A stretch of DNA of 60,684 nt, counting the filler. It is 7 parts of 7 records of this genome, joined end to end, with 100 filler letters (N's around TTAATTAATTAA, not from the genome) between each part and the next. Parts side by side here need not be neighbours in the genome. Positions count along the whole stretch, not along the records: positions 1 to 19,986 come from SRR31156797_49175; 6 more parts are not named here. One strand, written 5' to 3'. The notes under the pieces were generated by a model, which saw only the letters and a list, made by a program, of their open reading frames with translations, made no database searches and was not told the origin of the DNA. Below are positions 1-9,873 of this stretch, in pieces. Every line of letters begins with the position of its first letter. Position 1 is the stretch's first letter. A program made the translations under genes and the position numbers.

Positions 1-1
1 G

Positions 2-637
2 GCCATGAACGCCGCCATCGAGGCCGCCCATGCGGGGGACGCGGGACGGGGGTTCGCGGTCGTGGCCGACGAGATCCGAAAGCTGGCGGAGCAGTCCACC
101 GCCCAGTCGGCTCAGGTGAAGCTGTCCATCTCCAACATCTCCAACGGCATCCAGGACGTTGTCAGCGGTTCGGCCAGTTCCAACCACTCCTTCGAAGAGA
201 TCATGGAGCATATGAAGAGGATGGGATCGATCACGGCGGAGATCAAGTCCTCCATGCAGGAGCAGGTCGCCGGCAGCACCCAGGTCCTCCAGGCGCTGGA
301 AGAGCTGAAGAACGCGGGACAGGAGGTGTCCGCCGGGTCCAGAGAGATGACCGCGGGCAATAAAGAGATCCTCAAGGCTGTGGAAGAGCTGACCCATATC
401 TCCAGCGAAGTCTCCATGGCCATCCGCGAGATCGGAAACGGCATGGATGAGATCAGTTATTCCGTTCAGAATGTAACGACCATCGCCGAGAAGAACAAAT
501 CCAGCATCGCCGCGGTGCAGAAGGAAGCGGACCGGTATCGTCTGGAAGATGCACAGGATTACAGCCTTGAAAGCGGTTCGGAAGCCCTTGGGGAGAGTCG
601 TCCGGAAGGCGAGTTGACGGCTCTTGAGGAGGAATAA
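2..637 (+). CDS. Methyl-accepting chemotaxis protein, C-terminal signalling domain (5'-truncated by window edge)
   Basis: Hairpin-tip motif [28 protein letters not shown] followed by heptad coiled coil. Confidence 0.95.
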   Translation, partial: AMNAAIEAAHAGDAGRGFAVVADEIRKLAEQSTAQSAQVKLSISNISNGIQDVVSGSASSNHSFEEIMEHMKRMGSITAEIKSSMQEQVAGSTQVLQALEELKNAGQEVSAGSREMTAGNKEILKAVEELTHISSEVSMAIREIGNGMDEISYSVQNVTTIAEKNKSSIAAVQKEADRYRLEDAQDYSLESGSEALGESRPEGELTALEEE

Positions 638-781
638 TCGTCTATAATTAAAGACAGAGAGGAGGCATGCCTAAGGAACGGAACATCCAGGGCGCCCTGA
701 TCTGTCTTGTCCTTCTTTTGAACAAGCCGGAGTTCGTATCGAATTCCGGCTGAACATATCTCCCTTCTAAGAGGCGGGCAT

Positions 782-1810
782 TCAGTCCCAGTAGAGAAGC
801 ACCTTTCCCGCTTGGCCGGACCTCATGATCTCGAAGCCCCGTTCGAACTCGTCCACCGGCATGCGGTGGGTGATGATCCTGGTGATATCCAGTCCCGAGC
901 GGATCATGGCGGCCATCTTGTACCAGGTCTCGAACATCTCCCGGCCATAGATCCCCTTCAGGTGGAGTCCCTTGAAGATGATCTGGTTCCAATCCACCGG
1001 CGTTTCGTCTGCGGGAATGCCCAGCAGGGCCACGCGGCCGCCGTTGTTCATCTTCTGGAAGAGCTGGTTCTGAGCCGCCGCGTTGCCCGACATCTCCATG
1101 CCCACGTCGAAGCCCTCCAGCATGTGGAGCTCGCTCATCACGTCCTCCAGTTTGTCCGTAGCCACGTTCACCGCCCGGGTGATCCCCATCTGGCGGGCCA
1201 GGTTGAGGCGGTATTCGTTCACATCGGTGATGATCACGTAACGGGCTCCCGCGTGATGGGCCACGGCTCCCGCCATGATGCCGATGGGCCCGGCGCCTGT
1301 GATCAGCACGTCCTCGCCCACGAGGTCGAAGGAGAGGGCGGTGTGGACGGCGTTCCCGAAGGGATCGAAGATAGCCGCCGCCTCATCGGAGATGAAGTCG
1401 TCCAGTTTGAAGGCGTTGTAGGCGGGCATGACCAGATACTCGGCGAAGCAGCCCTGGCGGTTGACCCCTATGCCCTCGGTGTTCCGGCACAGATGCCTCT
1501 TCCCCGCCCGGCAGTTGCGGCAGTGCCCGCAGGTGAGGTGGCCCTCTCCCGTGACCCTGTCGCCCACCTTGAAACCGGCGACCTCGCTGCCCATGGCCTC
1601 CACGGTTCCCACGAACTCATGTCCCGTAATCATGGGCACGGGGATGGTCTGCTGGGACCAGTGGTCCCAGTTGTAGATATGCACGTCGGTGCCGCAGATG
1701 GCGGTTATCTTGATTCTGATCAGAAGGTCGTTAGGGCCGAACTCCGGTTCGGGAGCGTCGATCATCCATAGGCCTTCCTCCCTTTTCTGTTTGGACAGGG
1801 CTTTCATCAT
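782..1810 (-). CDS. tdh: L-threonine 3-dehydrogenase
   Basis: MKALSK start, [30 protein letters not shown] structural Zn site, [14 protein letters not shown]; overlaps kbl by 4 nt. Confidence 0.97.
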   Translation of the reverse strand: MMKALSKQKREEGLWMIDAPEPEFGPNDLLIRIKITAICGTDVHIYNWDHWSQQTIPVPMITGHEFVGTVEAMGSEVAGFKVGDRVTGEGHLTCGHCRNCRAGKRHLCRNTEGIGVNRQGCFAEYLVMPAYNAFKLDDFISDEAAAIFDPFGNAVHTALSFDLVGEDVLITGAGPIGIMAGAVAHHAGARYVIITDVNEYRLNLARQMGITRAVNVATDKLEDVMSELHMLEGFDVGMEMSGNAAAQNQLFQKMNNGGRVALLGIPADETPVDWNQIIFKGLHLKGIYGREMFETWYKMAAMIRSGLDITRIITHRMPVDEFERGFEIMRSGQAGKVLLYWD

Positions 1811-2994
1811 ATAACCTCCAGTTCCTTACCGGTCTCGATAATCTTTTCAATCGCCAGGCGGACCTGGTCCTCCGAATGTCCCGCGGACATCTGGAAGCGG
1901 ATGCGGGCCGCTCCCATGGGGACGACGGGGTAGGAGAATCCTATGGCGTAGATCCCCTTTTCCAGCAGCCTGTCGGCCATCCTGCCCGCCAGGGCGGCGT
2001 CACCGAGCATAAGGGGAACGATGGGATGCTCTCCCTCCACAATAGTGAAGCCCGCCGCCTTGAGGGAGTCCCGGAAGAGGCGGGTATGGGAGAAGAGCCT
2101 CTCCCTCAGCTCTCCCGAGGCCTGCAGAAGCTCCAGGGTCTTCAATGCCGTGGCGGTCATGACCGGTGCCAGGGAGTTGGAGAAGAGGTAGGGCCGGGAT
2201 CTCTGGCGCAGCCAGGCGATGATCTCCTTCTTACCGGAGGTATAGCCTCCCGACGCGCCGCCCAGGGCCTTGCCCAGGGTGCCGGTGATGATATCCACTC
2301 TGTCCCTGACGCCGCAGTGCTCGGGGGTGCCGGCGCCTGTTTCGCCCATAAAGCCGACCGCATGGGAGTCGTCCACCATGACCAGGGCGTCGTACTTGTC
2401 GGCCAGGTCGCAGATGGACTTCAGATCGGCGATGATGCCGTCCATGGAGAACACCCCGTCGGTGGCGATCAGCCGGAAGCGGGCGTCCTGCGTTTCCCTG
2501 AGCTTCGCTTCCAGATCGGCCATGTCGTTGTTGGCGTAGCGGTAGCGACGGGCCTTGCAGAGCCTGACGCCGTCGATGATGCTGGCATGGTTCAGGGCGT
2601 CGCTGATGATCGCGTCCTCGGGCCCCAGAAGGGTTTCGAAGAGTCCGCCGTTGGCGTCGAAGCAGGAGGAGTAGAGGATGCTGTCCTCTGTCCCCAGGAA
2701 GGCGCTCAGCTTCTCTTCCAGTTCCTTGTGAATGCTCTGGGTACCGCAGATAAAGCGGACCGAGGAAAGGCCGTAGCCGTACTCTTTCAAAGAGCCTCGG
2801 GCCGCTGCGATCAGCGCGGGATCGTTAGCCAGTCCCAGGTAGTTGTTGGCGCAGAAGTTCAGTACCCTCTTGCCGCCGGCCACCTCGATCTCCGCCTGCT
2901 GGGGCCCTCTTATAACCCTTTCGGACTTATAGAGTCCCTGCTCCTTTAACGATTCTACTTCACCGGCGAGGTGGGACAGCATTTTACGGCTCAT
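1807..2994 (-). CDS. kbl: 2-amino-3-ketobutyrate CoA ligase (glycine C-acetyltransferase)
   Basis: [40 protein letters not shown] lysine, [12 protein letters not shown]; adjacent to tdh; RBS AAGGAG upstream. Confidence 0.97.
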   Translation of the reverse strand: MSRKMLSHLAGEVESLKEQGLYKSERVIRGPQQAEIEVAGGKRVLNFCANNYLGLANDPALIAAARGSLKEYGYGLSSVRFICGTQSIHKELEEKLSAFLGTEDSILYSSCFDANGGLFETLLGPEDAIISDALNHASIIDGVRLCKARRYRYANNDMADLEAKLRETQDARFRLIATDGVFSMDGIIADLKSICDLADKYDALVMVDDSHAVGFMGETGAGTPEHCGVRDRVDIITGTLGKALGGASGGYTSGKKEIIAWLRQRSRPYLFSNSLAPVMTATALKTLELLQASGELRERLFSHTRLFRDSLKAAGFTIVEGEHPIVPLMLGDAALAGRMADRLLEKGIYAIGFSYPVVPMGAARIRFQMSAGHSEDQVRLAIEKIIETGKELEVI

Positions 2995-3181
2995 GAATTT
3001 TCTCCTTGTCTCAAATTATATGTATTATATTGCTGAAATACGCTTTTGTGTAAATAAATAATGATGAAAATGTAAATAATATGGGAGGGTCGACCTTTTT
3101 CCCACTCTTCGATTTTTTCCTTTCATTACTTATAAACTTCAAGCATTTGAGACAGGAATGCGAGTTCCGGGGGCTCTTTTT

Positions 3182-3376
3182 TCAGGAAAGGCCGCTCAGT
3201 GAGGCCCACATCAGGTAGACGGCCATATCGTTGAGGGCGTATCTGTGTCTGCCGGCCTCGATCTCGTCTCTGGTCAGCTCTTCGTTTTTCCGTATTCTTT
3301 CACTCTCGGGGGAGGAGAGGGCGACGGGTGTTCTCTTCCGATTCTCTCCTGATGTATCGGACTTCTTCTCTAACAT
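3182..3376 (-). CDS. Small hypothetical protein
   Basis: Short ORF with AAGGAG RBS just upstream of ATG 3376; no recognisable motif. Confidence 0.45.
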   Translation of the reverse strand: MLEKKSDTSGENRKRTPVALSSPESERIRKNEELTRDEIEAGRHRYALNDMAVYLMWASLSGLS

Positions 3377-3541
3377 GGTATTCTCCTTGGTCATCCTCTG
3401 CAATAAACGGAGGTTAATGAAGAATAAGCAAAGATCATGCCAGTATGTGATTATATGAGTGAACCCACCCTTCCTGTTGTTCTGGTATCAAGACGGAAGC
3501 GGAAAATACCAATAATCGGTCGGTTATGCCATCTAAGCTGA

Positions 3542-3601
3542 AATTGGTACTGGAAATGGTACTGCGGTCATATTGCCCGCCAGGCAGCCAGGCCCTATTG
3601 T
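3542..3601 (+). promoter_or_regulatory. Putative activator site (tandem GTAC cores, 12-bp period) abutting a -35/-10 promoter
   Basis: AATTGGTACTGGAAATGGTACTGCGGTCATATTG, then TTGCCC-N17-TATTGT; 27/34 identical to 6669-6702. Confidence 0.7.
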
Positions 3602-3631
3602 TTATACATCAAAACGAACTCAGGAACAATT

Positions 3632-4666
3632 ATGAATGCCATAGAACGATTGAACGCCTTTGTTAAGGGGGAAGAGCCCGACCGTCTTCCCGTCTATCCT
3701 CTCATGATGCGGCAGGCCGCGGAGCTCTGCTCCATCCCCTATGGAGAGTATTGTCAGGATTACAGAAGCCAGGCCGGGGCCATGATGGAAAGCGCCCGGC
3801 GCTTTGGCGCCGAATGCGTACACCCCTCGGGCTATCCCTATTGCGAGGCACGAGCCTATGGCCTGGATGTCGAGTATCCCCCAGACGATCTTCCCATCGC
3901 CAGGAGCCATCTGATAAAGGGTAAAGAGGATTTCAGCCGGATCAAACCCATTGATCCCGAGGGCTTTGAGTTTATGATGGACAGGGTCAGGGGGGTGGCG
4001 CTTTTCCGGGAACAAATGGGAGACGAACTGCTTATTTGCGGACACCATGAGGGCATTATGGCAGAGTATGCCGACCTGAGAGGATTGGGAGAGGCCTGCA
4101 TGGACCTCTTCGACATGCCCGATGAAATCCACCGACACTTCGGGGTCATTGCCCGGAACGGCCTCAGATGGGGGATGATGCAGATCGAGGCCGGGGCCCA
4201 TTATATGAGTATCGGCGATGCCGCCTGTTCCCAGATAGGTCCCGACCTTTACAGGGAATTCGTTCTTCCCCATCACAGGATGCTTGTCGATGCTTATCAT
4301 AAGGCGGGAGCGGGTGTGAAGATACATATTTGCGGGGATATCAGCTCTATCCTTCCCATGCTGATCGAAACGGGTGCCGACATGATCGATGTGGACCATC
4401 TTGTCCGGGATATCAAGCCCTTCGTTCCCCTGTTGAAGGAGCACCAGTTTTTCTGCGGAAATCTGGATCCCGTTGAGATCGTTTACAGCGGCACCCCCCG
4501 GTTGATCAGGGAGAAGGCCGAGAAGTGGATAAGGGACAGCTCCGGTCGGGGGATCCTGTCGGGGGGCTGCGAGATCCCGGTTCATACTCCCGTTGAAAAT
4601 CTGGACGCCCTCAGGCGCTGCGGCGAAGAGCTGAAGCCCCTTTGGCTAGAGCTGAGAAGGGGCTGA
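3632..4666 (+). CDS. Uroporphyrinogen decarboxylase superfamily protein, MtaA/CmuA-like methylcobamide methyltransferase
   Basis: ~345 aa; H-x-C (KIHICG) plus C-terminal Cys (LSGGCEIP) Zn-ligand pattern of MT2 enzymes; GNLDP; lacks intact RQAGRY of true HemE. Confidence 0.85.
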   Translation: MNAIERLNAFVKGEEPDRLPVYPLMMRQAAELCSIPYGEYCQDYRSQAGAMMESARRFGAECVHPSGYPYCEARAYGLDVEYPPDDLPIARSHLIKGKEDFSRIKPIDPEGFEFMMDRVRGVALFREQMGDELLICGHHEGIMAEYADLRGLGEACMDLFDMPDEIHRHFGVIARNGLRWGMMQIEAGAHYMSIGDAACSQIGPDLYREFVLPHHRMLVDAYHKAGAGVKIHICGDISSILPMLIETGADMIDVDHLVRDIKPFVPLLKEHQFFCGNLDPVEIVYSGTPRLIREKAEKWIRDSSGRGILSGGCEIPVHTPVENLDALRRCGEELKPLWLELRRG

Positions 4667-4733
4667 GGCAGAAGGATCGTCACCTCACCCCGCCTGTGAG
4701 GAGGCCCGGCCATCCGGTAAAGGATGCGAAAGC

Positions 4734-5390
4734 CTATCTGTTCTTGTCGGAGATGATCTTGATCCTGTCGTGGTACCCAATCTTGGAGTAGATGGAATAG
4801 ATGTGGTTCTTCACGGTCTGCCGGGCGATAAACAGTTTCTCGGCGATCTCCGAGTTGCTGTAGCCCTGTATGAGGAGTTCGTAGATCTCCCTCTCCCTTT
4901 TGCTCAGTGCCCCCAGGTCTTTATCATCCGTTTTTTCTCTGGTCCCGGAGGGCATTTCTTCTTCATCAGACGGCGGGCTGAAAACCTTTCCGGCGATCTG
5001 TGAGGATATGACCATATCTCCCTTGCAGATGGTTCTGATCTTTTCTATGAGATCGTCTACCGACATATTTTTCAGCAGGAATCCGGAAGCCCCTTTCTGC
5101 AGGGCCTCCCGGGCTTTTTCCACATCCTGAAAGGTGGTCAGCATAACGATCTTCATATCCGGAAACTCGGGTTTTATCCTTTCCAGAATCTCAGTGCCAT
5201 CCTCTTCCGGCAGGCGCAGATCCAGTAGGAGGACCTCCGGTTCCGCTGTTCTCAGCTTTTCCAGAAGCCCCTGTCCCGACTCAGCGGCTCCGACCACCTG
5301 CATGTCATCGGTCCTGTGCTCTATGATGCCCTTGAGCATATCCACGAACAGTACCTGGTCGTCAACAAGATAGATAGTCGTTTTTCCCAT
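4734..5390 (-). CDS. NarL/LuxR-family DNA-binding response regulator
   Basis: Receiver motifs LVDD, LLLDLRL, MLTT, FLLK; C-terminal LSKREREI...SNSEIAEKLFIARQTVKNH HTH. Confidence 0.95.
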   Translation of the reverse strand: MGKTTIYLVDDQVLFVDMLKGIIEHRTDDMQVVGAAESGQGLLEKLRTAEPEVLLLDLRLPEEDGTEILERIKPEFPDMKIVMLTTFQDVEKAREALQKGASGFLLKNMSVDDLIEKIRTICKGDMVISSQIAGKVFSPPSDEEEMPSGTREKTDDKDLGALSKREREIYELLIQGYSNSEIAEKLFIARQTVKNHIYSIYSKIGYHDRIKIISDKNR

Positions 5391-5394
5391 AGTT

Positions 5395-6594
5395 CTACGC
5401 TTCCTTCGGAATGGTGACGGATATCTCGAACCCCAGATTCCCTGAGTTGAATTCCACTGAGCCCTTAACGGAATTCACCCTCTCCCTGATTCCCCAGAGG
5501 CCCATCCCGTTTCCGTGTTCCCCTTTCTTCAGACCGGTCCCGTTATCCCTGACGACCAGTCTGTAATCCTGTTGTTCCTGCCACAGTATAATAAGAATGG
5601 AGTCTGCTTTTCCATGGCGGAAGGCATTGGTCAGTCCCTCCTGGATGACCCTGTAGATGATCCGGTCCCTTCTGGAGCCCAGGGTCCAGGGGAAATTCCC
5701 GTATTCGATCTGAACCGAGATCTGCGTGGCGTCCTGAAAGGTCCGGACCAGATTATTGATGCGGTTCAGACCTTCCTTTTCCTCCTCTCTCTTTTCTCGG
5801 ATCTCATAGATTTCTCTTTCAATATTCTCCCATATGTCGTTCAGGATGCCGTCGGACAGGGAGAGCAGTTTCTTCAGCTCCCCATCCTCGTCTCTAATAT
5901 AGTCCTTCATGGACTCGCCAGCCATCCTGAGATTGAGCAGATTGTGCATCAGGCTGTCGTGCAGCTCTCCGGCGATCCTCTTGCGTTCGCTTTCCCTGGC
6001 GTTCCTTTTCTCCCTGATGGCGTAATTCTGCAGGTCCAGATTGGTCTCCAGGAGGTTGGAAAGATTGCGCTCGTACAATTCTCTCAGGTCCAGAGCCCTG
6101 TCTGAGCGGATGCCTATTCTATTGGCATAGGCGCAGAGGATGAACAGCAGGATCTGTCCCCCCGCCTGAAACAGCCTGGCCTCCGCAGCCAGTCCCGGCA
6201 TCATTATGCCTGCTATAAGAGCCCTGCCTCCCAACAGCTGGGAAACAATGATCAGAACCGCCCCATAGATCGCAAGGACCTTCCCCTTCAGGGTATAGCT
6301 TACCACCCAGCAGTGGGTGAACATCAGGTAGAGCAAGAACACCCTGTTGGGCAGGGGGTAGACAGCCAGGGTGATCAGCAGGGCGTCCAGGACGATGAAA
6401 AAGAAACCCAGGGCGCTCTTTCTGAAGCGGACGTGGAGGAGTACGATGCCCATGCTGAACGCGATAATGCTTGAGAACTGGACATTCCATCCGGGAATGG
6501 ATGTGAAGAGTCCTCCCTTAAAATAAAACCAGAATGCCAGGGCCGTCCTGAGAATGGCAAGCGTTATGATCTGAAAGACCGAATAGCGTTTCAT
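5395..6594 (-). CDS. Membrane sensor histidine kinase (HisKA_3 type)
   Basis: Multiple N-terminal TM helices; ERKRIAGELHDS H-box, QEGLTNAFRH N-box, DNGTG and GMGL G-boxes. Confidence 0.95.
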   Translation of the reverse strand: MKRYSVFQIITLAILRTALAFWFYFKGGLFTSIPGWNVQFSSIIAFSMGIVLLHVRFRKSALGFFFIVLDALLITLAVYPLPNRVFLLYLMFTHCWVVSYTLKGKVLAIYGAVLIIVSQLLGGRALIAGIMMPGLAAEARLFQAGGQILLFILCAYANRIGIRSDRALDLRELYERNLSNLLETNLDLQNYAIREKRNARESERKRIAGELHDSLMHNLLNLRMAGESMKDYIRDEDGELKKLLSLSDGILNDIWENIEREIYEIREKREEEKEGLNRINNLVRTFQDATQISVQIEYGNFPWTLGSRRDRIIYRVIQEGLTNAFRHGKADSILIILWQEQQDYRLVVRDNGTGLKKGEHGNGMGLWGIRERVNSVKGSVEFNSGNLGFEISVTIPKEA

Positions 6595-6668
6595 CTGATG
6601 TATGGTATAGCCGATCTCATCGGGCAGATCAAGATTGTTCTGATGAAACAGTACCGCCCCGCCCGTAA

Positions 6669-6728
6669 AAATAGTACCCGAAATAGTACTGCCGTCTTAT
6701 TGTCCCCGACCATACCCGGCATTACAAT
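6669..6728 (+). promoter_or_regulatory. Second copy of tandem-GTAC activator site plus promoter of ABC operon 1
   Basis: AAATAGTACCCGAAATAGTACTGCCGTCTTATTG, then TTGTCC-N17-TACAAT; same geometry as 3542-3601. Confidence 0.7.
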
Positions 6729-6760
6729 TTTTTACAAAATAGCAAAAGGAGATACATTTT

Positions 6761-8038
6761 ATGAAAAGAGTGATCGGATTATACTCTCTGCTCGTTATCC
6801 TCACCGGTTTCGTCTGGGCCGCGGGCGGTCAGGAAGGCGCCGGCGAGACCAGAGAGGTCGTGGCCACCTATATGCAGTCGGGCACCTATGACGCCGCCGC
6901 CCTGGCTATGGAGGAGGATTTTGAAAACGCCACGGGAATAGAGGTGGATATCATCGCTTCTCCCTGGGCCGTTCTGAATCAGAACCATATCACCGACCTG
7001 ACCACGGGAACCGGCGAGTTCGATGTCATGTCCGGTGAATTCTGGATCGCTTCGGTATGGGACCATATGATGCCTCTGGAGGAGAAGGCCGCTTCCATGG
7101 AATCCCAGTATATTCCGGGGATATGGAAGGCCGGGCCCAGCGCCTACTACGACGGCAAAAGGATTGGTATCCCCTTCAGCGCCGAGGCCTACGGCATCGT
7201 TTACCGGAAGGATCTGTTCGACAAGTACGGTCTTTCCGCCGACTGGGAGACCTGGGACGACTACATAGAGGTTATGAAGGAACTGGAAAGAAAGCTGGCC
7301 GGTACGGGAATCGCCCCCAATGTCCATGCCTGGGGAGCCCCCGAGCAGCCCATGTCCATCTTCCTGGGTATGTACGACAGCTATCTTGTGACCGAAGACG
7401 GCCGATATGAGCTGGACAAGAGCCGTGCCGTTCCCGCATTGGACAAGATGAAGAGCCTCCTCGGCTACAATCCCGAGGGAGCCGTGGCCCTGAGCATCGA
7501 TGAGGCCAACTCCGTATTCCTGTCCGGCAACGCGGCTACCATGATCGGCTGGGTGGGATTCGTCAGAGCCGAGCTTCAGAATCCCGATCATTCCGACGTG
7601 GTGGGAAAGTGGGCCACCGCCGTCTTTCCCGGGCCCGGAGCGCCCTTTCTTTCGGCCTGGAACATGTTCATCTCCGAGTACTGTGACGATACCGCCTCTG
7701 CCTGGGAGTGGATCACGGCCTATGCCAATCCCGAGATGGCCAAAGAGAGATTCGTGACCTTCGGTATCGGCTCTCCCTTTGCGGCGACCTACGAGGATCC
7801 CGAGTTGAAGGAAAAGTATGCCCATGATTTCCCGGCCACGGTCGCCAACCTGAACAGGGCGAAGACCGTTCCCTGGACCTTCGAGGCCTATGAGATCTTC
7901 TTTCGGAACCTGGGCGAGTTTATCATCGGGAACATCGATGCCTCTCAGTTCGCGGACAATGTGAACAGCTCCTGGGAGCCCATCAATCCTCCCGAGGCGC
8001 TGATTCAGGCCGCAGCCGCTCAGGGGCAGCAGGAGTAG
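6761..8038 (+). CDS. Carbohydrate ABC transporter substrate-binding protein (family 1)
   Basis: Signal peptide with spirochaete-style WAAGGQE; YRKDLF motif; upstream of two permeases. Confidence 0.9.
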   Translation: MKRVIGLYSLLVILTGFVWAAGGQEGAGETREVVATYMQSGTYDAAALAMEEDFENATGIEVDIIASPWAVLNQNHITDLTTGTGEFDVMSGEFWIASVWDHMMPLEEKAASMESQYIPGIWKAGPSAYYDGKRIGIPFSAEAYGIVYRKDLFDKYGLSADWETWDDYIEVMKELERKLAGTGIAPNVHAWGAPEQPMSIFLGMYDSYLVTEDGRYELDKSRAVPALDKMKSLLGYNPEGAVALSIDEANSVFLSGNAATMIGWVGFVRAELQNPDHSDVVGKWATAVFPGPGAPFLSAWNMFISEYCDDTASAWEWITAYANPEMAKERFVTFGIGSPFAATYEDPELKEKYAHDFPATVANLNRAKTVPWTFEAYEIFFRNLGEFIIGNIDASQFADNVNSSWEPINPPEALIQAAAAQGQQE

Positions 8039-8057
8039 CCTCCGTCCCGGATCTTTT

Positions 8058-8086
8058 CCCGCTTCGACGCTAAGCCGAAGCGGGAT
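8058..8086 (+). terminator. Intercistronic stem-loop after SBP gene (mRNA stabiliser or attenuator)
   Basis: Inverted repeat CCCGCTTCG...CGAAGCGGG between SBP and permease. Confidence 0.55.
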
Positions 8087-8126
8087 ACCGTTTCTTTGTT
8101 ATTAAAAAATCTACCGGAGGAAAACA

Positions 8127-9014
8127 TTGTTCACCATAATGCAAAGGAAAGACAATGAGTGGCGCAGCTGGCTTATCTTCATTCTGCCGGCTTTGCTGGT
8201 GGTGCTGCTGCTTCAGCTTTATCCCCTGTTCTACTCCCTGTATCTTGTCTTCCAGGATTGGAAGCTGACCGAGTCGCCCACGTCAAAGGGATTTATCGGC
8301 CTTTGGAATTTCATACGCATCTTTCAGAATGAGGTTTTCCGCCGCGCCGTTTTGAACAGCGTCATCATGACGGGAACGGCCGTCTTCTTCGAACTGATCC
8401 TGGGGGTAGGGCTGGCCTATCTGACAAACCGGGAGAGCAGGACCAACAATCTCGTCCGGACGCTGATCCTGCTTCCCATGGTCATCGCTCCCGTGGCGGC
8501 CGGTACGCTCTGGCGCATGCTCCTCAACGGAAGGGCCGGTCTGGTTAACCATCTTCTCTCGTTTCTGAAAATAGAGGGCCCCAACTGGCTGGCCCAGCCC
8601 GGCTGGGCCATGGCCTCGGTCATCCTTCTGGAGATATGGCAGTTCACCCCTTTCGTCATGATCATCTCGGCAGCCGCCATTACCAGCATCCCCTCCAGCC
8701 TGAGGGAAGCGGCGGCTATCGACGGGGCCGGACGCTTTATGACCTTCAAGCATGTGGACATTCCCCTTCTGGCTCCCACCCTGGCCCTGACCATGATCTT
8801 CAGGATCTTGGAATCCCTCCTTTCTCTGGACTCTATCTACTCCCTGACCTTCGGAGGACCGGGCTATTCTACCTATACCCTGACCTTCTTTATCTACAAT
8901 GAAGGACTCAGAAGCTTCAACTTCGGGCAGGCCGCCGCCGCTTCCTGGATATTCATGCTCTTCACCTCACTGTGTATCGCCTGGGTATTCCGATTTCAGA
9001 ATAAGGACAAATAG
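8127..9014 (+). CDS. Carbohydrate ABC permease (MalF-like)
   Basis: EAAAIDGAG EAA loop; TM helices; TFGGPG. Confidence 0.93.
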   Translation: MFTIMQRKDNEWRSWLIFILPALLVVLLLQLYPLFYSLYLVFQDWKLTESPTSKGFIGLWNFIRIFQNEVFRRAVLNSVIMTGTAVFFELILGVGLAYLTNRESRTNNLVRTLILLPMVIAPVAAGTLWRMLLNGRAGLVNHLLSFLKIEGPNWLAQPGWAMASVILLEIWQFTPFVMIISAAAITSIPSSLREAAAIDGAGRFMTFKHVDIPLLAPTLALTMIFRILESLLSLDSIYSLTFGGPGYSTYTLTFFIYNEGLRSFNFGQAAAASWIFMLFTSLCIAWVFRFQNKDK

Positions 9015-9869
9015 ATGATCCTGGAAAAAAACAGCACAAACAAGATCTCCGCCTGGATGGTGATCTCCTATATCTTCTTCGTCTTCGCTGCGCTGATCGT
9101 GGTGGTCCCGCTTCTCTATCTGCTGGCGAACAGTCTCAAGCTTCCCCGGGACTTCCTGAAGATCCCTCCCAGCTTTCTGCCGGAGACCGTCACCTTCGGC
9201 CATTATCAGAGCCTGTTCACAACCCCCAAGACCTTGAAATATTTCTTGAACAGCCTTCAGGTGACGACCATAACCACGGCCTTTACGATTCTCTTCGGCT
9301 CCTTCGCCGCCTATGGCCTGGCGCGCATGAAGCTTTCCAAACAGGCCCTGGGAATGGTCATCTTCACCTTCCTGTTCATCCGCTTCTACCCCAAAGTGAC
9401 GACGATCATGCCCTATTTCATCATCATGCGGAAGCTGAACCTGCTGGATACGACCTGGGCCGTTATCCTGGGGCATCTGGGAATCACCATCCCCTTCGTG
9501 ACCTGGCTGATGCTGGTCGTCTACAATGACCTTCCCTACAGCATCGAGGAAGCGGCCGTTGTGGACGGGGCGACGCCGCTGCAGAGGTTTCTGAGAATCG
9601 TTTTCCCCATGACCGCGCCCTCCGTGGCCTCCTCATCCATCCTGGCGGCCTTTATGTCATGGAACGAGTTTCTCATCGCCTCCAGCATCACCAGGCGGAA
9701 CGCGACGGTTCTTTCCATCGCCGTGGCGAGCTTCGTCAGCGACAAGGGGATCCAGTGGGGACCCATGTCGGCCATGAGCCTGATCATGATCCTTCCCATG
9801 CTGATCTTCGCCCTGGCGGCTCAGAAGTATCTGGTCAACGGTCTGACCTTCGGCGCCGTCAAAGGATAG
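9015..9869 (+). CDS. Carbohydrate ABC permease (MalG-like)
   Basis: EEAAVVDGAT EAA loop; SWNEF; QKYLVNGLTFGAVKG terminus. Confidence 0.93.
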   Translation: MILEKNSTNKISAWMVISYIFFVFAALIVVVPLLYLLANSLKLPRDFLKIPPSFLPETVTFGHYQSLFTTPKTLKYFLNSLQVTTITTAFTILFGSFAAYGLARMKLSKQALGMVIFTFLFIRFYPKVTTIMPYFIIMRKLNLLDTTWAVILGHLGITIPFVTWLMLVVYNDLPYSIEEAAVVDGATPLQRFLRIVFPMTAPSVASSSILAAFMSWNEFLIASSITRRNATVLSIAVASFVSDKGIQWGPMSAMSLIMILPMLIFALAAQKYLVNGLTFGAVKG

Positions 9870-9873
9870 GGGG

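Noticed and set aside
812..2949. Long plus-strand ORFs (319 and 357 aa) antisense to tdh and kbl, and many similar shadow ORFs elsewhere (e.g. 31988-33811)
   Set aside because: Mirror frames of GC-rich genes with strong codon bias; no motifs or RBS.
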